Source: Octopus bimaculoides
Lineage: Eukaryota
Reading direction: 5' to 3'
DNA length: 60,188 nucleotides
Assembly (NCBI RefSeq): GCF_001194135.2
Contig: NC_068990.1
Location: 85,896,660-85,956,847, forward strand
Notes under the pieces: generated by a model
The model's input: the letters and a program-made list of their open reading frames with translations, nothing else
The model's database searches: none
What the model was told of the DNA's origin: nothing
Shown: piece after piece, positions 23,969 through 35,345 of the stretch
Position numbering within the stretch: position 1 is the stretch's first letter
Layout of the letters: each line of letters opens with the position of its first letter
Program-made: the position numbers and the translations under genes

Positions 23969-26386
23969 GCGAGTTGTGTTGTGATTTTGGTTGAAGAAAG
24001 CGTTTAACGCGGGGAGTTCTCTGATTTGCGTTCTGTTGAAATTGTTTTAAGAACTATCATTGTGTCATGTTTTGAAGGAGCGCGCGTGTAGAAATACGTT
24101 GTAGGAATTTGTTGAGGAACTGTTATTATATTGTTGCTTGTTTTGTTGTTGAAAGCCGTTGCTGAGGTGGTTTAATATGACTACCAGCTACGCAGCTGCA
24201 GCTATCAGCGGCAGGACGACCAGCGACATGGGAATGAGAGAGGTGAAGGTGGAAATGGAAAATCTGAAGAAACATTTAAAATATTTGAAGAAGGAGGGAG
24301 ACTGTTTGCGGGTTGACCCACCCAAAGAAGTGATGGAATTTAGCAGAAAAGAAAATTATTGCATATAAAACTTTAAGAATTGGCTCCAAGAAAATAGAAA
24401 TTGCGGAGACTGAAATGATTGAGAAGTGTCTGAAGGAAATCACAGAGGAAGTTGTGCTGTTTATGAGAGGAAAGAAATACGGAACGGTGAAGGTGTATTT
24501 CAAGACGGAGCAAGGAGCTAAGAAATATTCTACCATGCCTCTGAGAACGGAAGAGTGGGCCCTTTTACCAGTATATTGCGGTAGAAGGGCGGCGAGAATG
24601 AGGATTGGTAGAGTACCGTTGGAGATAGATATGGAATGGTTGGTGTCAGCGGTAATATATAAATGCAAGGACAAGGTGGATATCATTAAAGTCGAGAGGT
24701 CAAGAGAAATCGAATGGTGGGATTTTGGGGTAGAAATTCTAGCCCTACCGAACCTACACAACATTGCTGAGGAATTAGTGCTTCCCGATGACACNNNNNN
24801 NNNNNNNNNNNNNNNNNNNNNNNNNNNNNNNNNNNNNNNNNNNNNNNNNNNNNNNNNNNNNNNNNNNNNNNNNNNNNNNNNNNNNNNNNNNNNNNNNNNN
24901 NNNNNNNNNNNNNNNNNNNNNNNNNNNNNNNNNNNNNNNNNNNNNNNNNNNNNNNNNNNNNNNNNNNNNNNNNNNNNNNNNGAAGAAGACGAAGTAGAAG
25001 AAACAGAGGTCTGTGAGGAGGAAATGGTGCTGACCGAACAGGAAGAGGTAGAAGAAAGGCAGGAAGAGACTGAGGAGAATGGAGAAAAAAAGCGTATGCG
25101 GACTGAATCGCCGCCAAAGTCCCCAAAAAGAAAAAGGGGAAAGAAAAAAAAAGATGACGGAAGATGGAAATGATAGCGAGGAACAGAACGTAACTAAGAT
25201 TGAAACCCAAGATAAAAAGCAGGAAAAACAGTTGACAAGACAGGAGAGGTGGCTAAAGTGGTGGACTGTGTTGATGGAACAGAAGGAAAAGGCGAAGGCA
25301 GAAGGAAGGATTATCGGAAAGGTTGATTTTAAAAATATTAGAACAATACTTTTCTACATTAAGGATTTAGAAACGGAAAAAACGATAGCCAAGATAAAAG
25401 GATTGGTGCGACTGAAATTAGAACCCGGAACGTTTGATGATGAAACAAAAGCAATAGTGGTGGAGGAATGGATAGCGAAGAAGCTGCGAGAAATGAACAG
25501 ATTTGATTTCCAACTAAGTGGGTTATATGTGGGCTACAACACTTTGCCAAGCGTCGTAACGGTGGAGGAGCTGAAACCATACATAATCATGAAAGAATCA
25601 TAAAAAGAAAAAGAAAAATGAATAAGAACTGTATAAGAAAACTGTTAAATGAAACTGCGAGCTTTGGGGGGACTCGTAAGCCATTCCATCATCATATTGT
25701 AATTTACTCATTTCATCTCATTATTCGCTTTATGTACCCCACGTTTTGTGTTGTCTGTCCTTGTAATGTCCCCCTTCTTTGTAATGAGGCCTTCGTGCCT
25801 GTAATAAAGATTTAAGAGTTGAGCTGAGACCTTCTACGTAACAACACCTCGCTCCTCCACGAAGCACTTTTACACTGTTCTCTGGCAGGCATCAAANNNN
25901 NNNNNNNNNNNNNNNNNNNNNNNNNNNNNNNNNNNNNNNNNNNNNNNNNNNNNNNNNNNNNNNNCAAGATAAAAGGATTGGTGCGACTGAAATTAGAACC
26001 CGGAACGTTTGATGATGAAACAAAAGCAATAGTGGTGGAGGAATGGATAGCGAAGAAGCTGCGAGAAATGAACAGATTTGATTTCCAACTAAGTGGGTTA
26101 TATGTGGGCTACAACACTTTGCCAAGCGTCGTAACGGTGGAGGAGCTGAAACCATACATAATCATGAAAGAATCATAAAAAGAAAAAGAAAAATGAATAA
26201 GAACTGTATAAGAAAACTGTTAAATGAAACTGCGAGCTTTGGGGGGACTCGTAAGCCATTCCATCATCATATTGTAATTTACTCATTTCATCTCATTATT
26301 CGCTTTATGTACCCCACGTTTTGTGTTGTCTGTCCTTGTAATGTCCCCCTTCTTTGTAATGAGGCCTTCGTGCCTGTAATAAAGAT
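23969..26386 (+). mobile_element. ORF1-only (RT-less) non-LTR-like cassette inserted in the LTR
   Basis: Bounded by direct repeat TTAAGAGTTG (23959-23968 and 26387-26396); ~210-nt leader, one long frameshifted ORF, 3' region ending aataaagat; no RT or endonuclease frame. Confidence 0.55.
24177..25603 (+). pseudogene. Retrotransposon ORF1/gag-like nucleic-acid-binding protein (~470 aa), two apparent +1 frameshifts in A-runs
   Basis: MTTSYAAAA... continues into IIAYKTLRIGSKK...RGKKYGTVKVYF...RMRIGRVPLEIDMEWLVSAV (RRM-like beta/alpha pattern), gap, E-rich and K-rich linker, then a ~150-aa C-terminal segment. Removing one A near 24355 and one near 25150 joins ORFs 24159, 24415 and 25079. Family assignment is by pattern only. 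Confidence 0.55.
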
Positions 26387-26471
26387 TTAAGAGTTGAGCT
26401 GAGACCTTCTACGTAACAACACCTCGCTCCTCCACGAAGCACTTTTACACTGTTCTCTGGCAGGCATCAAA
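25965..26471 (+). repeat. Exact 507-bp duplicate of 25390-25896 across a 68-N gap (probable assembly artefact)
   Basis: Constant 575-bp offset; both copies terminate at the gap edges. Confidence 0.85.
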
Positions 26472-26668
26472 GAAGACCTTAACCTTCCATTACCAAACTA
26501 CAACTTAATCAGCGGCGGCTAAGCTGAATGACAGGAATTGTATAACCAAGTATCATCTTAAATAAAACCTTTTCATTATGTTGTTAATTGTTCTAATGTC
26601 TCTTAATTTATAATGCTGTTGAAAGGTGATAGGACCAAAGTCACTATCACACTATTCAATATTTACAC

Positions 26669-26694
26669 TGGTGACCCCGACGTGATTCGAACAC
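26669..26694 (+). other. Primer-binding site complementary to the 3' 26 nt of mature tRNA-Trp, including CCA
   Basis: tggtgaccccgacgtgattcgaacac; reverse complement GTGTTCGAATCACGTCGGGGTCACCA matches the eukaryotic tRNA-Trp T-arm and acceptor end as I recall it. Confidence 0.85.
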
Positions 26695-27675
26695 CCCCCC
26701 CCCACCTATGGTGGATTAAGCATTGTTTCATACAGGGTTCTTGTGAGTTACCTTTTAATTAGTTCCAGTTTAAACGCTGATAACGTATAGAATTTTTTCT
26801 GGGTTTATCCACTTAGTGAGTTCGGTTTTCGTATTGTTTTTCGAATAAACGACTCTCCACAGCCCGTATGTAATCAAAACCGGGCACGGTTTGTATATCT
26901 TCTAATAATATATAGAATCACACTGACACCTGTTCATGTATTGATAAATATTGTATGTTCGTTGCATTTACGTAAAATGACGGAGTTTCCCATCGATCAT
27001 TTAACTAAAGCAGCCTTCAGTCAGTGACTTCAATAAAACACTATCGAACTGTTCAACTGCGTGTGTATTCACATTATATTAACATCTACGCGCCCTTTTC
27101 TTTTGCGTGAGTATTGAACGGTGTCAGATTGTTAGATTTAGTATTTCCAAATTAAGGCATTCACAAGTTCCTTTAAAACAAAGGACGATAAATTAGCAGA
27201 GTTAGTAGGGCCGTAAGGGAAAAAAATACTTTGCTGTATTAAGTTGGGTTCCTTTATTCTTAAGTTCAAAACACGCCAAGGTACGTACGCCTCTCTCAAA
27301 ATGTCTCTATATAAAGCTATATTCGATAAATGTTTTTTGAAGAAAATTGTCAGTTCATTTGTTTAAAATCTAAGCAAAGTGTATTGGGTTGTGTTCCTTC
27401 TCCCGACCGCTCGTTTCTTTGAAAAAATGAAAAACTGCGCACACAAAGTTTTCGGATGACGAAACCTGTACACGTAATTTTTTGCGCGCATCTGCAGCAA
27501 ACATAAGAAGTATTCTAAGTCCTGCTGAAGTCAAATTTACCTTTCATCGTTTCGAAAAGTACCAGTCAAGTACTGGATCAAATACTAGATGTGAATGAAA
27601 TTATAAAGGTTTAAACTAAGACAGACACATAACTCTCTTATTAATGTTCTAACCCGAATCTTAACTTCCGTCTTG

Positions 27676-28420
27676 GGATCTTTTTTAAAACGGGGCCACA
27701 TTTTTCATTAACGAAACACTTTGAAACTTGGAACACTGGTAGAATGTGTCATATAAAACATCTTTTTCTNNNNNNNNNNNNNNNNNNNNNNNNNNNNNNN
27801 NNNNNNNNNNNNNNNNNNNNNNNNNNNNNNNNNNNNNNNNNNNNNNNNNNNNNNNNNNNNNNNNNNNNNNNNNNNNNNNNNNNNNNNNNNNNNNNNNNNN
27901 NNNNNNNNNNNNNNNNNNNNNNNNNNNNNNNNNNNNNNNNNNNNNNNNNNNNNNNNNNNNNNNNNNNNNNNNNNNNNNNNNNNNNNNNNNNNNNNNNNNN
28001 NNNNNNNNNNNNNNNNNNNNNNNNNNNNNNNNNNNNNNNNNNNNNNNNNNNNNNNNNNNNNNNNNNNNNNNNNNNNNNNNNNNNNNNNNNNNNNNNNNNN
28101 NNNNNNNNNNNNNNNNNNNNNNNNNNNNNNNNNNNNNNNNNNNNNNNNNNNNNNNNNNNNNNNNNNNAAAAGAGCAAATAAAACGAAGCTATGGCTTAAT
28201 CAGCCAAAGGAGTAAATGTAAACAACTGAATACTTGTCAGTGATTGGTTGAAATTATCGAAATAAGACAATTTTTTACATGAAATAAATTCGAATACAAA
28301 AATATTTTTCTGTTCTATAACACAAAATAGATAAGTATACGAAGTTTGAAAGTCTTTCGGTACCAAAAACACTACGTAAAACATTAATGAAAAATGTGGC
28401 CCCCGTTTTAAAAAAGATCC
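27676..28420. mobile_element. GG..CC TIR MITE with 8-bp TSD (Merlin-like), internal gap
   Basis: TIRs ggatcttttttaaaacggggccacatttttcattaa / ttaatgaaaaatgtggcccccgttttaaaaaagatcc; exact TSD CCGTCTTG at 27668-27675 and 28421-28428. Confidence 0.85.
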
Positions 28421-31400
28421 CCGTCTTGATTTCTCAGACAACTTTTGTCTGATTTTGTTTTCCCTTTCTACAGCCTACATTCTGTCTTTGTATCTTTTCT
28501 ACTCTTCCTTTTCGAACCCACTTTGTAAATTCATGTATCACTAGGTGCAACACTTAAGATTAAGTTGGGTAAACACGTCAGTAGGTTTCTGAGTTGAATT
28601 AAAATTTATAACAGGAAATTATCACCGTCGTGTCTTAGCCGAAAGGCCACCATTTAATGTCACTCACTGATGTTGGTAACTGTCTTGTTATTCTTCTATT
28701 CTAAGCAGGCAATACAAACTGTTTGACACTTATCACCAACGCCAGTCAAAAATATGGCAATTTTGTAAATATTGTTCGTGAAGGCCTTGCATCAGACCGA
28801 AGGGAGATACGCTTCTTGTTCTATGGCAGTGCCTGACCATTTATAACTTGAATCTGTCATTCACGACCTGGTTAAAAGGCGCGAGAAATTCTGAGCTGAC
28901 CTTTCTGTTCCTTTCATCGGTGAAAGGTCACAGAATAGACTTATTTGATCAGGATTATATTTCGAGAGATAATAATAATATAAAATACAATTTAAAAATA
29001 AATATGTAACAGGAATAACCTTCAAATCTTGAATATTTTCAAATTTATTTCATTCAAGTTATATTACTATATGAAAAATCGTTATATTTAAAGAGTTCTT
29101 TGTGTTCATTTTTAAATAATTCTAATTTATGAAATTCTTTCAGCTCTATCGATTCACTGTTTCATTCTTTCTTCCCCAGTATATGAGAAAGTTAAGTTTG
29201 AACTGTGTTGATGTATAAATTATTTCGATCCCATGGAAGGTGTTTGCAGGAGCTTGTAAATTTATCTATCCAACCGGTAATTTATTTACAGTGTATAATG
29301 ATTAGATATTACTAATAAATTGCTAATTCCTTAAAAAAATAAATACAATCCTAAATTTTACAGTGAGGCTTAATTAGTTACGCGTTTTTATTTCTTCCAC
29401 GTGGGAACCTGGAATTATTTCCCAATGACACTTGTTTGTTGTAATATAAGCTATTAGAAATTCCAAAGGTAGTTATTCATTTTCTTTTCGTATATTTTCA
29501 CTATCAGGTGACATAAAATTGACTCGAATAATTTAGAATGTTTTTTGTTTCTTGAGAAAAATGAAACTTAAATTAAAAAAAAAGAAAAAAATTCAAACCC
29601 AATCACCGTTTTATAAATTCCAAAGAATATTGAAAAATACCTTCATGTTCTGATGATAAAAATGACACTGTCTCGTTTACCAAATAATTTAAAAATGATG
29701 ACTTGATGTTTACCAATAAAAAAAATTTTAATAAAATACATAAAACTTGTGGGGAATTTTTTTGGCGAATTAATAATCCGACAAAACTGACTTGATGCAT
29801 CGAAACAACTTGTATTTCACACAAACTAATCATATTCTCCATTCTCTCACATATCAGTTTTACTTCTTCCCTATTCACGTTCACAGTCCCTTTCTCCCTT
29901 ATTTCTCCTACCCTCCATATTTCTAAGTTGATCCTTAAACTTGAGAGTGGATGGTATCGTGTGGTCTGAGAGGGGAGTCATATTTAGATGAAATCACTCA
30001 AGAGCCTTTCTCTGCCTGATCATAGAAGCAGCTGCTTCTCGGTAACCTCAACGGAAAATCCAACTCTGACACACTTTCAATTATTAATTCGAGATTTTTT
30101 TCTCTTTCTTGTCTGACGGTGTGTATATGTGAGTGCATCTCTGAGAACAATCTAATAGTGTATTCCCCCACCCAAATTAATAGCAGTAATCATAATTTAT
30201 AATTCTTATTAACTTTTTGGAGTGATCGATATAAGGCATGTACTGGACGTGATTATATCGTCCCAAAATATGGTCTTGTTCATATGCTAGAAATTATAAC
30301 GATTAGAAGCAGAACATCAGGTAAAAAAATAAAAAGGCAACATTTAATTATGAGTTCAAATCTCGCTCACGTTTTAATGATAAAGTATCGGTCGTGTACA
30401 AGAGTTGATTTAATTTATACTTTGTGTACCAACAACATTTGTAGACATGAGTGGAGTGTATTAGTAGAACCACGTGCTGCAGGATCGGTGGATCATCGTC
30501 TGAAAAATACCGATTTAGTCAACCTTTGTGTTATTTGGTTCAGAAAGTAAAGGACGATTTGCTGAATAACAAAACTTCAAACGAGTTAACCTATTTTACC
30601 GATTCGGCAGATATTCACCGGTCTAACGCCATAAATATTTATGGAGAAAATACAGCTGAATCTATCCATCTGTATATTGGTACTTATGACCCCAAATAGT
30701 GAAAGATGAAGCAGGCACCACAACCTAAGGATTATAATAAAGACCACCAGTTACTGAAGTCCGGCAAGGTTTACTGATTCTGTTGTCCATTAATTGTTTA
30801 TTTTATCGACGGAGTATTAAAACTCTTCCATCTGCTGTAATCAATCATACTTGTGTTTTTTCTTTCTTTCTTCCTCGCTTTCTACAGTTTTTTTTTTCTC
30901 TTTCTTCCGTCTATCTTATCTCTCTTTCTCTCTCTGTTACATGACAATCCAGTAACGCTTGATTATTACTCCATTATGGAATGTAGTCTGTGGTTTTTGT
31001 ATTTTTTCATTGATCCTGCTACCCTTGCCGCCTCCCCTCTTTCAAATCCCACCTTCCCCCTACACAACTACCACCACCGTCGATCACTATCGACCATTTC
31101 CCCAACATCCCCCACACTCTTAGTCACTCCTCCCACCCTTCTTTCTCTCATCCCTGCCCCACCCCACTAAATCACCCCTCAATCATTCTCCACCTTCGCC
31201 CTCTTCCTATTCTACGTTTTCTCTTCTCCTCTGATGGTATTTTTTATCGACCCCTTATTCTTCTCATCTCTGTCACTCATTAAAAGAAATAGAGAGAGAG
31301 AGAAAAAAAGAAAAAAAAACGAACCAAATCAAACAACATATTAAAACACTTCTATCTCTCCCTCTTCAATCATTCCAATAATATCAAGTCATAATAATAT

Positions 31401-34400
31401 AATAATAATAATGATGATGAGAATAATAATAAAAGCAATCAATGGGTATTATATTTATTACACTGCTATTGTTGTAGGCGAACACTAGATTCTGCCTACT
31501 TCCATATCTTTTTAGGGAGCTAGGAGGATTTTTGAGTTGCTCTTTTATTTCCACTTGTTTGAAATAATAACAACAATAATAATAATTATTATAGGATTAA
31601 TGACAAGGATTGTTTTATTTGCTGCAAGAGAGAACGGATGAGAAAGAGAGAGACATTACAGAAAAAGAAAAAAGACGAACAANNNNNNNNNNNNNNNNNN
31701 NNNNNNNNNNNNNNNNNNNNNNNNNNNNNNNNNNNNNNNNNNNNNNNNNNNNNNNNNNNNNNNNNNNNNNNNNNNNNNNNNNNNNNNNNNNNNNNNNNNN
31801 NNNNNNNNNNNNNNNNNNNNNNNNNNNNNNNNNNNNNNNNNNNNNNNNNNNNNNNNNNNNNNNNNNNNNNNNNNNNNNNNNNNNNNNNNNNNNNNNNNNN
31901 NNNNNNNNNNNNNNNNNNNNNNNNNNNNNNNNNNNNNNNNNNNNNNNNNNNNNNNNNNNNNNNNNNNNNNNNNNNNNNNNNNNNNNNNNNNNNNNNNNNN
32001 NNNNNNNNNNNNNNNNNNNNNNNNNNNNNNNNNNNNNNNNNNNNNNNNNNNNNNNNNNNNNNNNNNNNNNNNNNNNNNNNNNNNNNNNNNNNNNNNNNNN
32101 NNNNNNNNNNNNNNNNNNNNNNNNNNNNNNNNNNNNNNNNNNNNNNNNNNNNNNNNNNNNNNNNNNNNNNNNNNNNNNNNNNNNNNNNNNNNNNNNNNNN
32201 NNNNNNNNNNNNNNNNNNNNNNNNNNNNNNNNNNNNNNNNNNNNNNNNNNNNNNNNNNNNNNNNNNNNNNNNNNNNNNNNNNNNNNNNNNNNNNNNNNNN
32301 NNNNNNNNNNNNNNNNNNNNNNNNNNNNNNNNNNNNNNNNNNNNNNNNNNNNNNNNNNNNNNNNNNNNNNNNNNNNNNNNNNNNNNNNNNNNNNNNNNNN
32401 NNNNNNNNNNNNNNNNNNNNNNNNNNNNNNNNNNNNNNNNNNNNNNNNNNNNNNNNNNNNNNNNNNNNNNNNNNNNNNNNNNNNNNNNNNNNNNNNNNNN
32501 NNNNNNNNNNNNNNNNNNNNNNNNNNNNNNNNNNNNNNNNNNNNNNNNNNNNNNNNNNNNNNNNNNNNNNNNNNNNNNNNNNNNNNNNNNNNNNNNNNNN
32601 NNNNNNNNNNNNNNNNNNNNNNNNNNNTATATATATATATTGTGTGTGTGTGTATAAGTATTGGGCTTACAAAGAATACGTCCTGGGGTCGATTTGTTTG
32701 ATTAAAGGTGGTGCTCCAGCATGGCCGTAGTCAAAAGACTGAAACAAGTAAAAAAAGAAAAGAACATATGTATTTAAGTGAATGAATTAGTGTTTTTCTT
32801 GTTGCGCAATATTTTCCCAAAATGTGTAGAATACAGAACTTAGAATTAAAAAGAAAAAAAATACCCATAAAGGATTGGAAAACAAAATATAAACATGGCT
32901 AGTTTTTATTACACATGCAATGAGCAGTAAACATTTGTATAAACATGCTTTCCATGCTGGTGTAAATTGGAGTCATGCCAACATAGAGAACTGATGTAAA
33001 ATAATGAATCTACTGAAATATTTTTATATTAAAAGCTTTCATTCATCTCGCCACTCACATGTATTGTCTATGCAAGCTCTTAATACAATTCTTACATTAA
33101 CAACATGAAGGTAATAGTATTATGTGGCTATTAGTTTTTTGTTTTAAATTAAGAATTTTCAGTTCTGTCTGTATATTTGTTTCTTGTGTTGGTTATTGTT
33201 ATTTAACCTCGCTTTGGCCTGTCCTTTTTTTTTTTTCCTTCCTTAAATGGTTTTAGTCTAAATTAGTGGTTCTTGACCATTTTTTGCCTATCGACCCCTT
33301 TGATTTACTATTCTATTCTGGTTGTCCCCACAGAACCATTCAACAAACTAATTTTATACTCTTTTACTTGGGAACATTTGTAAGGAAATGTCACAGGAGG
33401 TACTGTCTGTGAACCCTTTCCAGGTGTTCTCTGTAGAAAGAAGTTATCCTTGTATCAGAGACATGATCCAAATGCTTATTACTACAGTGAATTCTGCAAA
33501 AGCTATCCAAACATCAAGTGGTATTGTGAGACAGGATGAAACTGAGAGCATAAATGAGACTTTTAATGGACTTCCACATAGTTCCTGTCTATCAAATTTC
33601 ACTTTTAAGTCTTTGGTTGACTTGGGACTGTAGTAGAAAATACTTGCCTAAGGTGCCACCTGATGAGATTAATCTTGAAACTACATAGTAACAAAGTGAA
33701 TGTCTTAAACACAGTCATGTCTACATCCTCAGCCTAATATCTCAGAGCGAGATCTGCCCTTTTTCTGCTTCATAGACTTAGAGTAATCACTGGTTGCAAG
33801 GGGTCCTGGGCTTGATGTTGTTTAGAATACATTTACTCTCTCATCCTGACTCTTCTTAATGTGTTCTCTCTCTCTCTCTACTTGTCTATTTTTTCTCTTT
33901 GCCTTTCTCCCTTGTTCCTCAATCTCTCCTCTCTTTCCAGCTCCTTTCTTTTCTCTCTCTCTCTCAAAATGAATTTCTCCTATAAAATTTCTTACATCAA
34001 CAACCCTCCCACAGTGCTGTTTACATATCAAATTGGTCACCATCTGTCAGCAAATCACGCTGTTTGATACACAAACTTGATATCTGCAATTACAATCTAA
34101 TTAATCCCTAAAATATCCCTTACCACAAAATCTAATATAAATGAGTTCATAGATTAGTTCTTTTTTGTCTCCTATTCCTCAGATATATTTAGGAGTGCAG
34201 CTTGTTCAATAAAACCATTTATCAATCTTTGTACTTATGATTGATTCTTCATTGTACAAAATACATTTTTGTTGCTTAACTCCAGGTCATCCTTTACTGA
34301 ACAGACTTATAATCAAGTTTTCCAGCCATGACCATCCCATCTTTAATACTATATTATTGAATGTGGTGTTTCTTTTTAAGAAGCTGGAATGTGATACAGA

Positions 34401-35126
34401 AGAGATGTGGCTGCTATTTTGAGCAGGTGTGGTGATTGTAGAAGCTCCTTTTGTTGGTTTGACAAAAGATCCGGTTAACAGATAGCCTTTCTTTGTGTAC
34501 AATGTATTTTTAATCCTGTGGATATAAATACAGTAAGAGTAAATGGATTCTCCATCAATATCAACAATGTGTATTCCAGTTATTCAATTAACTAAACTGT
34601 TTACTTGTTGAATTACTGCACAAGTGGTTAAGCATTTCATAGATACTTGATCTCTTAATGCAACCTTCAGGCAAAAATCAGCCTGCCTCTTTTAATTATG
34701 GGTACAGTCCACAACTAATGTAGCTAGTGTGTGTGCCAACTGGGGCAGCCCTTCTGTCTGTTGCCCCCGGACCCCACAAAAAACATTTCCTACAACAGAC
34801 CCAAAAGTGGTGCCCCTTTAAAAGTGCCACTTCTACTGCCCCCCCCCCCCCAATTATGCTTGTGCAGTCCATCCATCCACTGGGCTTCCAGATGTTGGGT
34901 CAACTTGAGTCTATGCTAAAAGGTGCTTTGCCAAGATGCATGGCATCTTGTTACATTCGGTTATCGGTTTCATGTTTTGAGTTCAAATCCTATCAAGGTT
35001 TACTTTCCTTTTAACCCCCACCCCTTCCATGATCAATGAGATAAGTACTAACCAAGTCCTGCAATTGGTGTAATCAATTACTGCAACCCTCCACTTCCCA
35101 TTTGTGGGTTTCTGTCAAAGCTTTAA

Positions 35127-35345
35127 CCCTTTAGCATTCACATATCTCTTTCAAATGTAACGCTTATTTATTAACATTGTTTTGAGTTAATACTGCATTT
35201 ATCTTGTAGCTTTGAGATTTCAATGGTGTTTGTTTAGTTTTGGGACGACATTGTAGGGTAGGTGTAAGAGGCCAAATCTTGTCAGTTTGAATATAAAACA
35301 GCTGGAATACTTGAGCTGGATATGGCCAGTTTAAACACTAAAGGG
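35127..35345 (+). mobile_element. piggyBac-type MITE (219 bp)
   Basis: TTAA|ccctttagcatt...aaacactaaaggg|TTAA. Related copies at 42301-42493 (-) and partial at ~37760-37886. Confidence 0.85.

Larger units (their letters stand above)
23827..26667 (+). mobile_element. LTR-like element (TGTA...TACA) split by an internal ORF cassette; reconstructed LTR about 413 bp (23827-23968 plus 26397-26667)
   Basis: Starts TGTAGTGGC like the 59785 LTR, with the same motif order; AATAAA at 26561; ends ...atttaca, 1 nt before a tRNA-Trp PBS. Confidence 0.7.

Noticed and set aside
25390-26471. 507-bp direct repeat as a genuine LTR pair or Penelope-type terminal repeat
   Set aside because: Both copies end exactly at the N gap and are identical, the same pattern as two other gaps; treated as a probable assembly artefact until long reads say otherwise.
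26669-26745. tRNA-Trp gene on the minus strand
   Set aside because: Only the 3' 26 nt match; anticodon and D arms are absent, and CCA plus the adjacent TACA fit a PBS.
30024-30039. Perfect 16-bp palindrome agaagcagctgcttct centred on an E-box
   Set aside because: About one palindrome of this length is expected by chance in ~55 kb.
30451-30699. 82-aa ORF with plausible composition
   Set aside because: No recognisable motif or splice context; its 3' end runs into a family A SINE fragment.
31610-32701. Long ORFs spanning N runs (also 27744-28243, 46481-47387, 53422-53780)
   Set aside because: They are artefacts of translating gaps as X.
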